Source: Chiloscyllium plagiosum
Taxonomy: Eukaryota
DNA length: 64,000 nucleotides
Assembly: GCF_004010195.1 (NCBI RefSeq)
Contig: NC_057759.1
Location: 5,384,154-5,448,153, forward strand
Reading direction: 5' to 3'
Notes under the pieces: generated by a model
What the model saw: the letters and a program-made list of their open reading frames with translations, nothing else
Database searches by the model: none
What the model was told of the DNA's origin: nothing
Made by a program: the position numbers and the translations under genes
Shown: in pieces, positions 50,412 through 62,479 of the stretch
Position numbering within the stretch: position 1 is the stretch's first letter
Layout: the number at the start of each line of letters is the position of its first letter

Positions 50412-53400
50412 CTGTCAAGAAAGAAATGACTTGAGTTAATAACGGGGCATAAGAACTAACCATACCAAACAGCTATACTTTGCCAGCAAAATCTCCACTT
50501 CTACGCAACCCCTGTCTCCACCTCATCATCCAACGTGACTTTCCCTCATGCTTCAGCAAGCAGTTGTGTAATCAACCCTTTCACTGTTGATTATAAAACA
50601 AATTTCGAAAAGGGACACCGAGTCTTGTTATCGCAGTGTCTTTTCCCCATTTCAGTCCACCATCCAAAATACAGAAAAGATCATCTATAATTCTCAGGAG
50701 CAGTGCATCTCATTGACAGGAACGATACAAGAGCGGGGTATTGTTTGAATGGAGAAAGACTGCGGAAAGCTATGGATCAGAGAGATTTGAGGAGTCCTTG
50801 TCTGTGAATCACAAAAAAAGCTAGCATGCAAATTCAGTGGGTGACAGGGAACACAAATTGTTTTTATTTCAAAGGAAATGGGCCATAAAAGGTGGGAAGT
50901 TTTGCTAAAGCTATACAGCCAACACACTAGTCAGACTACAGCTAGGATCCAAAGAACAAGTTGGGCCCCAAATCTGAGGAAGGTTAGACCAGCTTTGGAG
51001 GCAGCCCACAGAAGGTTTACTCAGCTGAACCGTGTATGGAGGGACTGTCTAATGAGGGTGATCTTGAGTAGTTGTGCCTGTCTTCATTGGGGTTTACAAG
51101 AAGGGGAGGCGACCTTATGGAATATTCTTCAAGGCTTTTACAGCATTGATGCAGAAGAGGTTGTTTCCCCTTGTGTGGGAGAGCCTGGGCCCAGAGTGGC
51201 ATCGTCTCAGAATAATGGGGTGTGGTGGGCACCCAGTGAAATTGGAGATGAGAAGGAATTCCTTCTGTCTGTGGGTAGTGAGTCTGTGGAATTCTTTACC
51301 GCACAGGGCTGTTGAAGCTGGATCATTGAGTGTATCCACGGCTGAAATTTTTAATTGGGAAGAGGAGTCGAGTGTCACTGGGGAGAGTAAAGTTGTGGAT
51401 AGTCAGACTGGTCGCGATATCATGTATCACTGAAGCAGATGCAATGGGCTGAATAGCCTAATTCTGATCCCACATCTCAAGAATTTGAGAACGCAAGTGT
51501 CACAAGTCACTGCTCTGCTAATATAGCAGTTAGTGTCTGCTATGAACAGAACAGATACTGCTGAGATCAACTATTCTTTCTGTGCTGTTAATGTTTGGAA
51601 AGGGGAACCATTTCCTAATGCCCTGCATTGACTGTGGAAGAGAAACTGCCAACTGGGGGGGGTTTACAAAAGGATTAAAAGAATGCATCAGACTCAGCGT
51701 CATTGAGTCTTCAAGGCATAGGTTCACACAACGCAGAAGTAGACACTTCGGTCTAACAAGTCCATGACAATCATAACCCCAAACTAAACTAGCCCCATCC
51801 GCCTGCACTTGGACCATATCGCTGCATTTTAAAAAATTCATGTACTTAGCCAAATGTTTTTTAAACTTTACAACTGTACCCATATCCATCACTTCCTCTG
51901 GAAGTTCATTCCACACTCGAACCATTCTCTGTGTAAAATCAATTGTTCTTCGTGTCCTTCTTTTAAAAATATGCCCACTGGTCTTGAAATCCCCCATGCG
52001 AGGGAACAAAAGACACCTACCATCCCCTCATGATTTTATTAACCTCTATAAGGTCACCCCTCAACATCGTGCACTCCAGCCTGTCCAACATCTTTTTATA
52101 ACTCAAACTCTCCATTCCCAGCAATATCGTGGTAAGTTTTTTCTGAACCCCCTTCTCCATAATAATAACCTTCCTTTAAATGGATAGCCAGAACTGGACA
52201 CAGTACTCCAGAAGAGGCCTCATCAACATACTATACAACCTAAACATGACATCCAATCCCCTATATTCAAAGGTCTGAGCAATGAAGGCAAGCACGTTAA
52301 ATGCAATCTTAACCATCCTGTCTTCCTGTAATGTAAACTTGAAAGAATTGTGCTCCTGAATCAGAAGTCTCTCTGTTGAACTACACTACCTAAGGCCCTT
52401 TTAATTGTAGAAGCTCTGCCTTTGTTTTACCAGAATGCAACACATCACATTTATCCAAATTAAACTCCTTCTCCCACTCCTCAGCCCACTGACCCGATCA
52501 CCTTTTAGGGCCAGAAGGAGGTTTGTAGTTGAAGTAGTGGCTCTTTTTCCCGATATGTATAATTAATGATCTCGATCTTGTTGTGCAGGGGGAGCATTTC
52601 CAAGTTTGCAGATTGCATAAAAACCTGGGAGAATTATAAACTCTAAGGAGAAATGGTGTGGAAATCCAATAGGACATTGACAAGTTGGTGGCATGGGTAG
52701 AGCGGCGGCAAATGCAATTCAATGTAAAGAGAAGTGTGAGGTGCAGCACTTTGGTGGGAAGAGCATTGAACGACAATTCAAAGTAGGGGGATACAATTCT
52801 ACAGAGGGGTGTAGGAGCAGAGGGAGCTGGGGCACATGTCCACAAATCAGTGAAGGTGGAACGACAAGGGGAGAGCAGTTAATAAAACACACAATGCCTT
52901 TGGCTTTATTAATATAGTTATAGAGTCCGACAGCAGGGCGGTGATTTTGAATATGTACAAGACACCAGTTAGACCTCAGCTGGAGTAGTGTGTATACTTG
53001 TTGGCACCATGTTATAACAACGTAATGGGAATTGGGGCAGGGTTTGAGGGAGCACAGAAGCAGTTTAGAGGCAAGATTCAATGGATGAGAAACTTCAGCG
53101 CTCGGGCTTTAATGGAGTATGATCCTTTTCAGTCCATAACAGACACAGTATTTACATTAAACCACGAGCTTTGTTTTGATTTAAATTGGGAAATAACCAG
53201 GAATTTGGTAGATAAAGGGAGCTGATTTTCTCTTAGCAAGAGATTGTTTCAGTTCAGATCATTTTCCCTCTGGGAGTGCACCAGCAGGATGTTTTCTTCT
53301 TGTTTCTCTTTTTAATTTGTGAAGCCTCCAAGTCAGGACAGTTTGAAATACAAACTTAAAATTCTCAGAGATATAAATAGATGTATATAAAAAAAACTTA

Positions 53401-54182
53401 TGCCCTCAAAATCCCGCGTGTCACACAAACAGACTCGTGGATGCAACATGACACTGAAAAGACAAAAATGGAAAGAAGGAGCCAGTTAAGTAGAAGGCTG
53501 AAGAGTTGGGTGACGATGATAGAAATATCGAAAATAGGAGTAGGGGTAGGCCATTCGGCCCTTCTAGAGAGCTCTGTCATTCAATGGGTTAGTCCCACTC
53601 AGTCCCCTGTTCCCCCTTTTAACGGCTTTAGTAACGAACTATATCTGAACTTAATGGGCGGGATCATATGTACTGGTCATATCACAGATTAGCAATCGAG
53701 TGGACCAGGGTGACAATCCACAGGGTGAGTACGAATCCCCCCACTTTCCTACGAGAGCCGCTGGGTAACAGCAATCCAGGCTCAGTGAGATCTGCACATG
53801 AGATGGTGTCATCGAAACCATGCCACCCACCCACTTCCCATCATCAGAAGAGCCCTTCTTGGAGACCGTTGCCTGTTCTTAGCTCTTCCCTTTCTCTTTC
53901 CAGATCCAATTGCCACCAACTTTCGAGTGGGCAAGCTGCCCAGTCCAAGGGCATGTGGCTCACAATGTGGCAGCAATGCCTGAGAAAGTTTGGGGGTGGG
54001 GGTTGGAAGGCACCGTCAATCGATTCAGTGAAGACCCATAAACCTTTGCGCATCACAGCTGCACCGGTGCTATCCCACAAGAAGACCAATATCCCAACTA
54101 TTCCCACCCCTGTCTATCTTTGGGAATTATTAAAACACACCCCAACAAAGAGGTTGGTTTATCTAACAGCAACATGACTCAC

Positions 54183-54458
54183 AGGATACTCTCACAAGAA
54201 TGCTGTTACTGTAGGGTGTTTTATATGCCGATGTGGAAGATTGGCATCTGTACTCCCCATCATCCTCCTTTCTAGCAGCCTCAATGATGTAAGTCTTCTC
54301 CCTGAACTCTTTGGTAGTTTTGTTTACGATCCAGTTATAGGTTGTCGAATGAAGCTCACGACCGGCATTGCAGCTAAGAGTGATCCGGTCACCCGTTAAC
54401 AATCTGTCCCACATTGGCTCCATCGTTAGTACAGGTACTCCAGTCTTCACTGAGGAAC
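54183..54458 (-). CDS. Ig (C2-type, FcR/FCRL D1-like) domain exon 1 of an Fc receptor-like immune receptor gene
   Basis: Acceptor tttttctatggattag|GT, donor T|gtgagt, 276 nt, phase 1-1. Encodes (G)SSVKTGVPVLTMEPMWDRLLTGDRITLSCNAG...YNWIVNK...IEAARKEDDGEYRCQ...SNSILVRVS with both canonical Cys, the Trp and the DxGxYxC motif; the N-terminus resembles FcR/FCRL 'VLTLEPPW...GE.VTLxC'. Confidence 0.9.
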
Positions 54459-54599
54459 CTAATCCATAGAAAAACATACACAGCCACAAGGGGAAGCACT
54501 GAAATTTGCTTGCTGCAGTAGCTTACCTCTCAGACAACTAAAGCTGGCTTAGGCTGATGAGTGGTAAGTAACATTCCCATCTCACAAATTCCAGGCAAC

Positions 54600-55135
54600 G
54601 ACTATCTCCAATAAGAGAGAATTGAACCATCACCCCTTGACGTTCAATGGTGTTACCATCTCTGAATCGCCTCAATATCAATATCTAGAGGTTACCAGTG
54701 AGAGAGAATTTCACCAGCCCCTTCACTTTCAAAGATATTACCATGACTGAATCCATTAGACTATCAGTATTGGGAGTGGGGGAGGGGGAGGTTTACAATT
54801 GAGAGAGAATTGAACTATCTCCCTTTGGTGTTCTATTGTGTTATTATCACTAAAGTCCCCACTATCAACATGCTGGGGTTACTATTGAGGGATAACTTAA
54901 CCATCATCCCCTTCATTTTCCCCATTATCAACATTCTGGAGGCTATGTTGGGTTGCTATCATTAAAAGCAAATCTAATCATCGCCCCCTTAATGGTGTTA
55001 GCATCATTGAATCACCCATTATCAACATCATGGGGATGACTGTCAAGAGAGAATCTAACCAACGGCCCTTGACTTTCAATATTAAGATCATCACTGAATC
55101 CCCCCACGATTAATATCCTAGGGTTGCCATTGACC
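54600..55135 (+). repeat. Tandemly iterated ~80-bp LINE-derived segment
   Basis: About six degenerate units of gagagagaattgaaccatcaccccttgacgttcaatggtgttaccatcactgaatccccactatcaacatcctggggttaccatt. Confidence 0.65.
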
Positions 55136-55254
55136 AGAAGCTGGATTGGACTCACCATGTAAACACAATAGCTACAAGAGCAGGTCAGAGGCTGGGAAGC
55201 CTGCAGTGAGTAACTCACCTTTGGACTCCCCACAGCCTGTCCACTATCAACAAG

Positions 55255-57340
55255 GTACAGTGACAGGCAGCATGGTTTTGTATGGGGAAAATTGTATCTC
55301 AATATCTTGATTGAATTTTTGGAGGAGAGAAAAAAAGATTGATAAAGGCAGAGAGTGGTGGATGTTGTCTATCTGGACTTCAGCAAGGTGTTTGACAAGG
55401 TTCTGCATGGTAGACTGTTGAGCAAGGTTAGATCACCTGGAATATAGGGAGAGCTAGCCATTGAACACACAATTGGCAGGAAGGTAGAAGACAGAAGGTG
55501 GTGGGTTGCTTTTCAGAGAGAAGGCTTGGGATCAGCAGGGTGCCACAAGGCTCAGTGCTGCATCCACTGCTTTTCCTTATTTAAATAATTTGGATGTGAA
55601 TATAAGAGGTATAGTTTATAAAATTGCAGACAACAACACAATTGATGGCAAAGTGGACAGTGAAGGAAGTTGTCTCAGAGTACAACGGGACCTTGATCAG
55701 ATAGGCTGAAGAGTGGCAGATGGAGTTAAATTTAGATAAATGTGAGGTGTTCCTTTTTCATAACACAAATTAGGGCAGGACTTACACATTTGTGAAAATA
55801 GATAAACCTCTGGGCCAGATGGGATTTATCCTAGGATTCTCTGGGAAGCCAGGGAGGAGATTGTAGAGCCTTTAATTTTATCTTTATGTCGTCATTGTGT
55901 ACAGGAATAGTGCCAGAAGACGGAAAGATAGCAAATATTGTCCCCTTGTTCAAGAAGGAGAGTAGAGATCACCCTGGTAATTGTAGATCAGTGAGCCTTT
56001 CTTTGATTGTGGGTAAAGTGTTGGAAAAGGCTAGAAGAGACAGGGTTTATAATCATCTCGATCGGAACAAGTTGTTTGGGAATAGTCAATATAGTTTTGT
56101 GAAGGGTAAGTCATGCCTCACAAACCTTATTGAGTTTTTTAAGAAGGAGACCAAACAGGCGGATGAGGGTAAAGCAGTTGATGCAATGTATGTGGATTTC
56201 AGTAAGGTGTTTGATTAGGTGTTTTTATTAAGGTTCCCAAAGGTAGGATACTGCACAAAACATGGAGGCATGGGATTGAGGGTGATTTAGCGGTTTCGCT
56301 CAGAGATTGGCTAGCTGAAAGAAGACAGAGGATGGTGGATGATGGGAAATGTTCATCGTGGAGTCAGTTACTATGGTGTATCGCAAGGATCGGTTTGTAA
56401 ATTTGTAGATGACACTAAGGTCAGTGGAGTTGTGGACAGTGCTGAAGGATGTTGCAGGTTATAGGGGGACATAGATAAGCTGCAGAGCTAGGCTGAGAGG
56501 TGGCAAATGTGGAAAAGTGTGAGATTATTCACTTTTGAAGGAGCAATAGGAATAAAGAGTACGGGGCTAATGGTAAGGTTCTTGGCAGTGCAGACGAGCA
56601 GAAAGATCTCTGTGTACATGTACATAGATCCCTGAAAGTTGCCACCCAGGTTGATAGGGTTGTTAAGAAGGCATACAATGTGTTAGCTTTTATTGGGAGA
56701 GGGATTGAGGTCATGGGATTGGACCCATGAGGTCATGCTGCAGCTCTACAAAACTCTGGTGTGGCTGCACTTTCTTCCACTTCTAGTCACCACATCACAG
56801 GAAGGATGTGGAAGCTTTGGAAAGGGTTCAGAGGTGATTTACTGGAATGTTGCCTGGTCTGGAGGGAATGTCTTATGAGGAAAGGCTGAGAGACATGAGG
56901 CTTAATTAGAGAGAAGAAGGTGGAGAGGTGGCTTCATAGAGATACATAAAATAATCAGAGGGTTAGATAGTGTGGGCAGTGAGAGCCTTATTCCTCCGAT
57001 GGTGATGGCTAGCAAGAGGGGACAGCACCTGAAATTGAGGGGTGATAAATATAAAACAAATGTCAGAGTAGTTTCTTTATCTCAGAGTAGTAGAGGTGTG
57101 GAATGTCCTGACTGCAACTGTAGTAGACTCGCCAACATTATGGGCATTTAGATTAGATTAGATTAGATTAGATTAGATTACTTTACAGTGTGGAAACAGG
57201 CCCTTCGGCCAACCCACGCAGACACGGGGAGAACGTGCAAACTCCACACAGTCAGTCGCCTGAGGCGGGAATGGTCATTGGATAAACATATGGATGAAAA
57301 TGGAATAGTATACTGTGCTGTCATGTTCTGTGTTCTATTA
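55255..57340 (+). mobile_element. Nested CR1-clade LINE fragments
   Basis: IANIVPLFKKESRDHPGNCRSVSL, KGKSCLTNLIEFF, YVDFSKVFD. Confidence 0.85.
57147..57270 (-). mobile_element. Internally deleted SINE with (TAGAT)n tail
   Basis: Tail microsatellite joined directly to the core segment. Confidence 0.8.
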
Positions 57341-58334
57341 TCTCACTAAATCTTTCATACTCCACTGTTTCAAATTATGATTATGTGATCGCATTGAGTA
57401 TTTGTAAAAATGGTAGAGTTTTCTTGTGTTTAATATCAGACTTTATAGGAACGCAGGGCTATTTGTAGAACAGGAAAGCTAATTTGAAACAGTGGCACAA
57501 GAAGCATTTTTGGTGAAGATGGAGTCATAAAGAATCTGTGCTAATGGTGGGGATGGCAGCTCTTCTGCCACCATAATACATTGATGGAAATGGGATGCTG
57601 TCTGAATGGGAGTAGGGTTGTTAGCTGGATGTCTCTGACTGCTGCAGACCACAATGACTCCATGAGAGAGTGATATTCATCTTGATTGGATCATTTCCTG
57701 TTGGCTGCAGTATATATGGAACTCCATAACTATTAGTCCTGCTCTGCAGTTACAGTGTTTATATTTTGAACTAATTCTCAATTAGTCAGTTGCTGTGTGT
57801 GTCTGCAGTAATTATTTTCCACTGTCAGGAACAACATTAGAAATTCCTGGAGAAACTCAGTTCGAATAACAGTCACTGGCCTCAATACATTAACTCTGCT
57901 TTCTATCAATGGATGCTGCCAGACGTGCTGAGTTTTTCCAGCAATTTCTACATTTATTTCCAGCCTCTAGCATCTGCAGTTTTATTTGTCAGGCTTTGGC
58001 AGAGAATGGGTGTTTGGAATTCACATTGTCACATGACAATTAAACAACTATTCATTAAAGCGTTAACTCTGTCCTACCCAATCACTAATAAACTTAATAA
58101 CACTGTTTCATCCTGAAATTGGTTTTGTCTGGTTTCCTTCTATCTCTGTATTTAACATCTGTGTTATATATGGTTTTTGAAATGATGTTACAGTCTGATT
58201 TCCTTTTCCATCTTGATTTTAACTTTATAAATGTCATATTAAATGTAGATTTAATGCCTTTCCTGTGCATCTATTTCAGATAACAATTCAGTCTAAACAC
58301 CTTAAAAAATGGTGTAAAATATCTATGGGCTTGA

Positions 58335-61300
58335 CAATATTAGGCAAGAACTTTCAAAAGCTGAATGGCAGCAGGTGTTTGCAGGTGAAGGAACAGCAGG
58401 AAAATGGGAAACCTTCAAAAATGAGATAACGAGAGTCCAGAGACAGTCTGTTCCTGTTAGGGGGAACAGCAAGTCTGGAAAGTGTAGGGAATGCTGGATG
58501 ACGGAGAAATTGATGTTTCCTTCTTTCTCTGGACCAAAAGCTATGTCAGGTATAGACAGCAGAGATCGAGTGAATCCTTAGAAGAGGAAAAGGCAGAAGG
58601 AGTATACTTAAGAGGGAAATCAGGAGGGCAAAAAGGGGACATGAGATAGCTTTGGAAAGTAGGGTTAAGGAGATTCCCAAGGGATGTTATTAAGGACAAA
58701 AAAGGTAACTAGGGAGAAATTAGGGCCCCTCAAAGATCAGCAAGGTGGCCTTGTGTGTAGCCACAGAAAATGGGGGAGATACTAAAAGAGTATTTTGCAT
58801 CACTGTTTACTGTGGAGAAGGACATGGAAGATATAGAATGTGGGAAAATAGATGGTGATATCTTGAAAGATGTCCATATTACAGAGGAAGTAGTACTGGA
58901 TGTCTTGAAACGCATAAAGGTGGATAAATCCCCAGGACATGATCAGGCATACCATAGAACTCTTCGGGAAGTTATGGAAATGTTTGGTGTGTCCATTGCC
59001 GAGATATTTTTAACATCGATCGTCACAGGTGAGGTCCCAGAAGACGAAAGGTTGGCTAACGTGGTGCTACTATTTAAGAAAGGTGATAAGGAAAAGCCAG
59101 GAAACTTTAGGCTGGTGAGTCTGCCATCGGTGTTGGGCAAGATGTTGGAGGGAATCCTGAGGGACAGAACTTGCACGTATTTCGACAGTCAAGGACTGAT
59201 GCGGGACAGTGAACATGGTTTTGTGCATGGGAAACCATGACACACAAATTAAATTGAGATTTTTGAATAAGTAACAAAGAGGATTTCCCCATGGGAGACT
59301 GGTTAGCAAAGTTAGATCTCATGGAATTCAGGGAGAACTTGCCATTTGGATACGGAACTGGCTCAAAGATAGAAGACAGAGGGTGGTAATGGAGGATTGT
59401 TTTTAAGACTGGAGGCCTGTGACCAGTGGAGTGCTGGATCCACTACTTTTTGTCATTTATATAAATGATTTGGATGTGAGCATAGGAAGTATAGTAAGTA
59501 AATTTGCAGATGACATCAAAATTAGAGAGTCGTGGACAGCGAAGAAGGTTACCTCAGATTACAAAAGGATCTTGATCAGATGGGCCAATGGTTGAGAAGT
59601 GGCTGATGGAGTTTAATTCAGATAAATGCAAGGTGCTGCATTTTGGGAAAGCAAATCTTAGCAGGACTTAATGTTAAGCTAATAGGGAGTGTTGCTGAAC
59701 AAAGAGACTTTGGAGTGCAGGTGCATAGTTCCCTGAAAGTGGAGTCGCATGTAGATAAGATAGTGAAGAAGGCATTTGGTATGCTTTTCTTTATTGGTCA
59801 GAGTTTTAAGTACATGTTGCGGCTGTACAGGACATTGGTTAGGCCACTGTTGCAATATTGCATACAGTTCTGGTCTCCTTCCTATCAGAAAGATGCTGTG
59901 AAACTTGAAAGGGTTCAGAAAAGATTAACAAGGATGTTGTTAGGGTTGGAGGATTTAGGGTAGGAGAGGTTGAACAGGCTGGGGCTGTTGTCCCTGGAGC
60001 ATCGTAGGCTGAGGAGTGACCTTACAAAGGTTTATAAAATCAAGAGTGACATGGAAAAGTTATGTTCCCTGGGATGGGGAAGTCCAGAACTAGAGGGAAT
60101 AGGTTTAGGGAAAAATGGAAAAGATATAAAAGAGATCTAAGTGGAAAGGTTTTCATGCAGAGGGTGGTACATGCTTGGAATGAAATGCCAGATGAAGTGG
60201 TGGAGGTTAGAACAATTGCAACTTTTAAAAAGCATCTGAATGGCAACACGACGCCTGGAGGAAGTGCGCCTCATCTTCTGCCTAGGAACTCTCCCACCAC
60301 TAGGGATGAATGCAGATTTCTCCAGCTTCCTCATTTCCCCTCCCCCACCTTATCTCAGTCCCAACCCTCGGACTCAGCACCGTCTTCTTGACCTGCAATC
60401 TTCTTCCCGACCTCTCCACCCCCACCCCCTCTCCGGCCTATCACCCTCACCTTAACCTCCTTCCACCTATCACCTTCCCAGCGCCCCACCCCAAAGTTCC
60501 TCCTCCCTACCTTTTATCTTAGCCTGCTTGGCACACCTTCCTCATTCCTGAAGAAGGGCTTATGCCCGAAACGTCGATTCTCCAGCTCCTTGGATGCTGC
60601 CTGACCTGCTGCGCTTTTCCAGCAACACATTTTTCAGCTCTGAATAGGAAGAGTTTGGAGGGATATAGGCTGGGTGTTGGCACGTGGGACTAGATTGGGT
60701 TGGGGTAGCTGATTGGCATGGAAAGTTGGACCGAAGGGTCTGTTTCCGTGCTGTACATCTCTTTGACTCGATGATTGATGAAAGTGGAGCGGTGGACGGG
60801 ATCTATATGGACTTCAGTAAGATGTTTAACAGGTTTACTCATTGCAGACTGGTTAGCAAAGTTAGATCACATAAAAATCGGGGAGAACTAGCAATTTGGA
60901 CACAGAGTTGACTTGAACATGGAAGACAGAGGGTGGTTGTGGAGGGTTATATTTCAGACTGGACACCGGTGATCTGTGGTATACCACAAGGATCGGTGCA
61001 GGGTACACCGCTTTTCATCATTTATAAGAATGATTTGAATGTGAACATAAAAGGTTTGCAGATGACACCAAAATTGGGGGTGTAGTGGACAGCAAAGAAG
61101 GTTCCCTCAGAGTACTACAGGATCTTGATCAGATGGGCCACTGGGCTGAGCAGTGGCAGATTGTATTTAATTCAGATAAATTTGAGGTGCAGCATTTCGG
61201 AAAGGCAAATCAACACAGGAGTTATACACTTAACGGTAAGGTCCTAGGGAGTATTGCTGAACAAAGAGACCTTGGAGTGCAGGTTCATTGTTCCTTGAAA

Positions 61301-61975
61301 GTGGAGTCGCCGGTCGATAGGATAATGAAGAAAGCATTTAGTATGCTGTTCTTTATTGGTCCGAGCATAGAGTATAGGGGTTCAGTTGTCATATTGAGGC
61401 TGTACAAGTAATTGTAATATTGTGTGCAATTCTGATCTCCTTCCTATAAGAAGGATGTTGTGAAACTTGAAACATTCAGAAAAGATTTATAAGATTGATA
61501 CCAGGGTTGGAGTGTTCGAGTGAAAGGGACAGGCTGAAGAGGCTGGACCTGTTTTCCCTGGAGTGTTGGAGGCTGAGGGGGTGACCTTATAGAGATTATA
61601 AAATCAGGAGGGTCATGGAGAGGCTAAATAGACAAGGTATTTTCCCTGGGGTGGGGGAGTCCAGAACTAGAGGGCATGGGTTTCAGGTGAGAGGGGCAAG
61701 ATTTAAAAAGTACCTAAGGGGAAACTTTTTTATGCAGGTGGTCGTGCGTGTATGGAATGAGCTGCCAGAGGAAGTGGTGGAGGCTGGAACAATTCCAACA
61801 TTTTAAAGACATCTGGATGCATACATGAATAAGAACGGTTTAGAGGGATATGGACCAAGTGCTGGCAAACAGCACGAGTGTTGGCAAATGTGACATGATT
61901 CGTTTTGGATATCTGATTGGCATGGATGAGTCAGACTGAATGGTCTGTTTCTGTGCTGTACATCTCTATAACTCT
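58335..61975 (+). mobile_element. Two successive CR1-clade LINE ORF2 fragments
   Basis: DKSPGHD, LANVVLLFKKGDKEKPGNFRLVSL, LVRPLLQYCIQFWSP, VWNELPEEVV; the second copy starts near 60770. Confidence 0.88.
60242..60638 (+). mobile_element. Penelope-like 3' fragment inserted in CR1, ending with a hammerhead-like motif
   Basis: Encodes TRRLEEVRLIFCLGTLPPLGMNADF (PLE C-terminus-like), then a pyrimidine-rich UTR and CTGAAGAAGGGCTTATGCCCGAAACGTC at 60548-60575; flanked by repeated tctgaat. Confidence 0.75.
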
Positions 61976-62479
61976 GTGGCTGTGAACTATAAAAATTATT
62001 CGAAATGGGGTAGCGTACATAAAGAATGGTGAGAGAGAAAAAAATTGTAATTCCTCCATAATATTTGACTCTTGATTTGAAAATTTCTCTCTGGAAATTG
62101 AGTCAATGTGTGTCTAATTCAACCTGCTCTATAACTATGGAAAAGAACGTTCTTCAGTCTGACAGCAGTAACATACCTGCTGTTTGTTAGAAGGAACTGA
62201 ACACACTTGGCTTTGTACTGAGGACATATTACACTGTCTTGGTCCTTCAAGTAATTGTCTGGAGGAAGACAGAAGAGACATCATCTGTAAATCAACATTA
62301 AGTCAATGAAATAATTTAATCATCATTAGGCTGTGTTTCCTTCAAGACAGCAATTCCAACAGGACCATAGAGCTAATTCTATTCTTGGCCTGAGCTGCTC
62401 TTTGGTGACTGTATCAAAATAATCTGTACCAATTCACTGAGAACCAGATACTAACCAATACCTCTACAAATGGGATAAT

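Larger units (their letters stand above)
44770..52500. mobile_element. Patchwork of CR1 fragments in both orientations filling the introns between Ig exons
   Basis: Multiple decayed CR1 ORF2/3' UTR pieces, e.g. 47050-48230(-), 48480-49500(+), 50690-51480(+), 51690-52500(-). Confidence 0.7.

Noticed and set aside
53844..54107. ORF with a hydrophobic start (MGIVGILVFLW...)
   Set aside because: It lies downstream of Ig1 within an intron, so it cannot be the leader; no supporting splice pattern.
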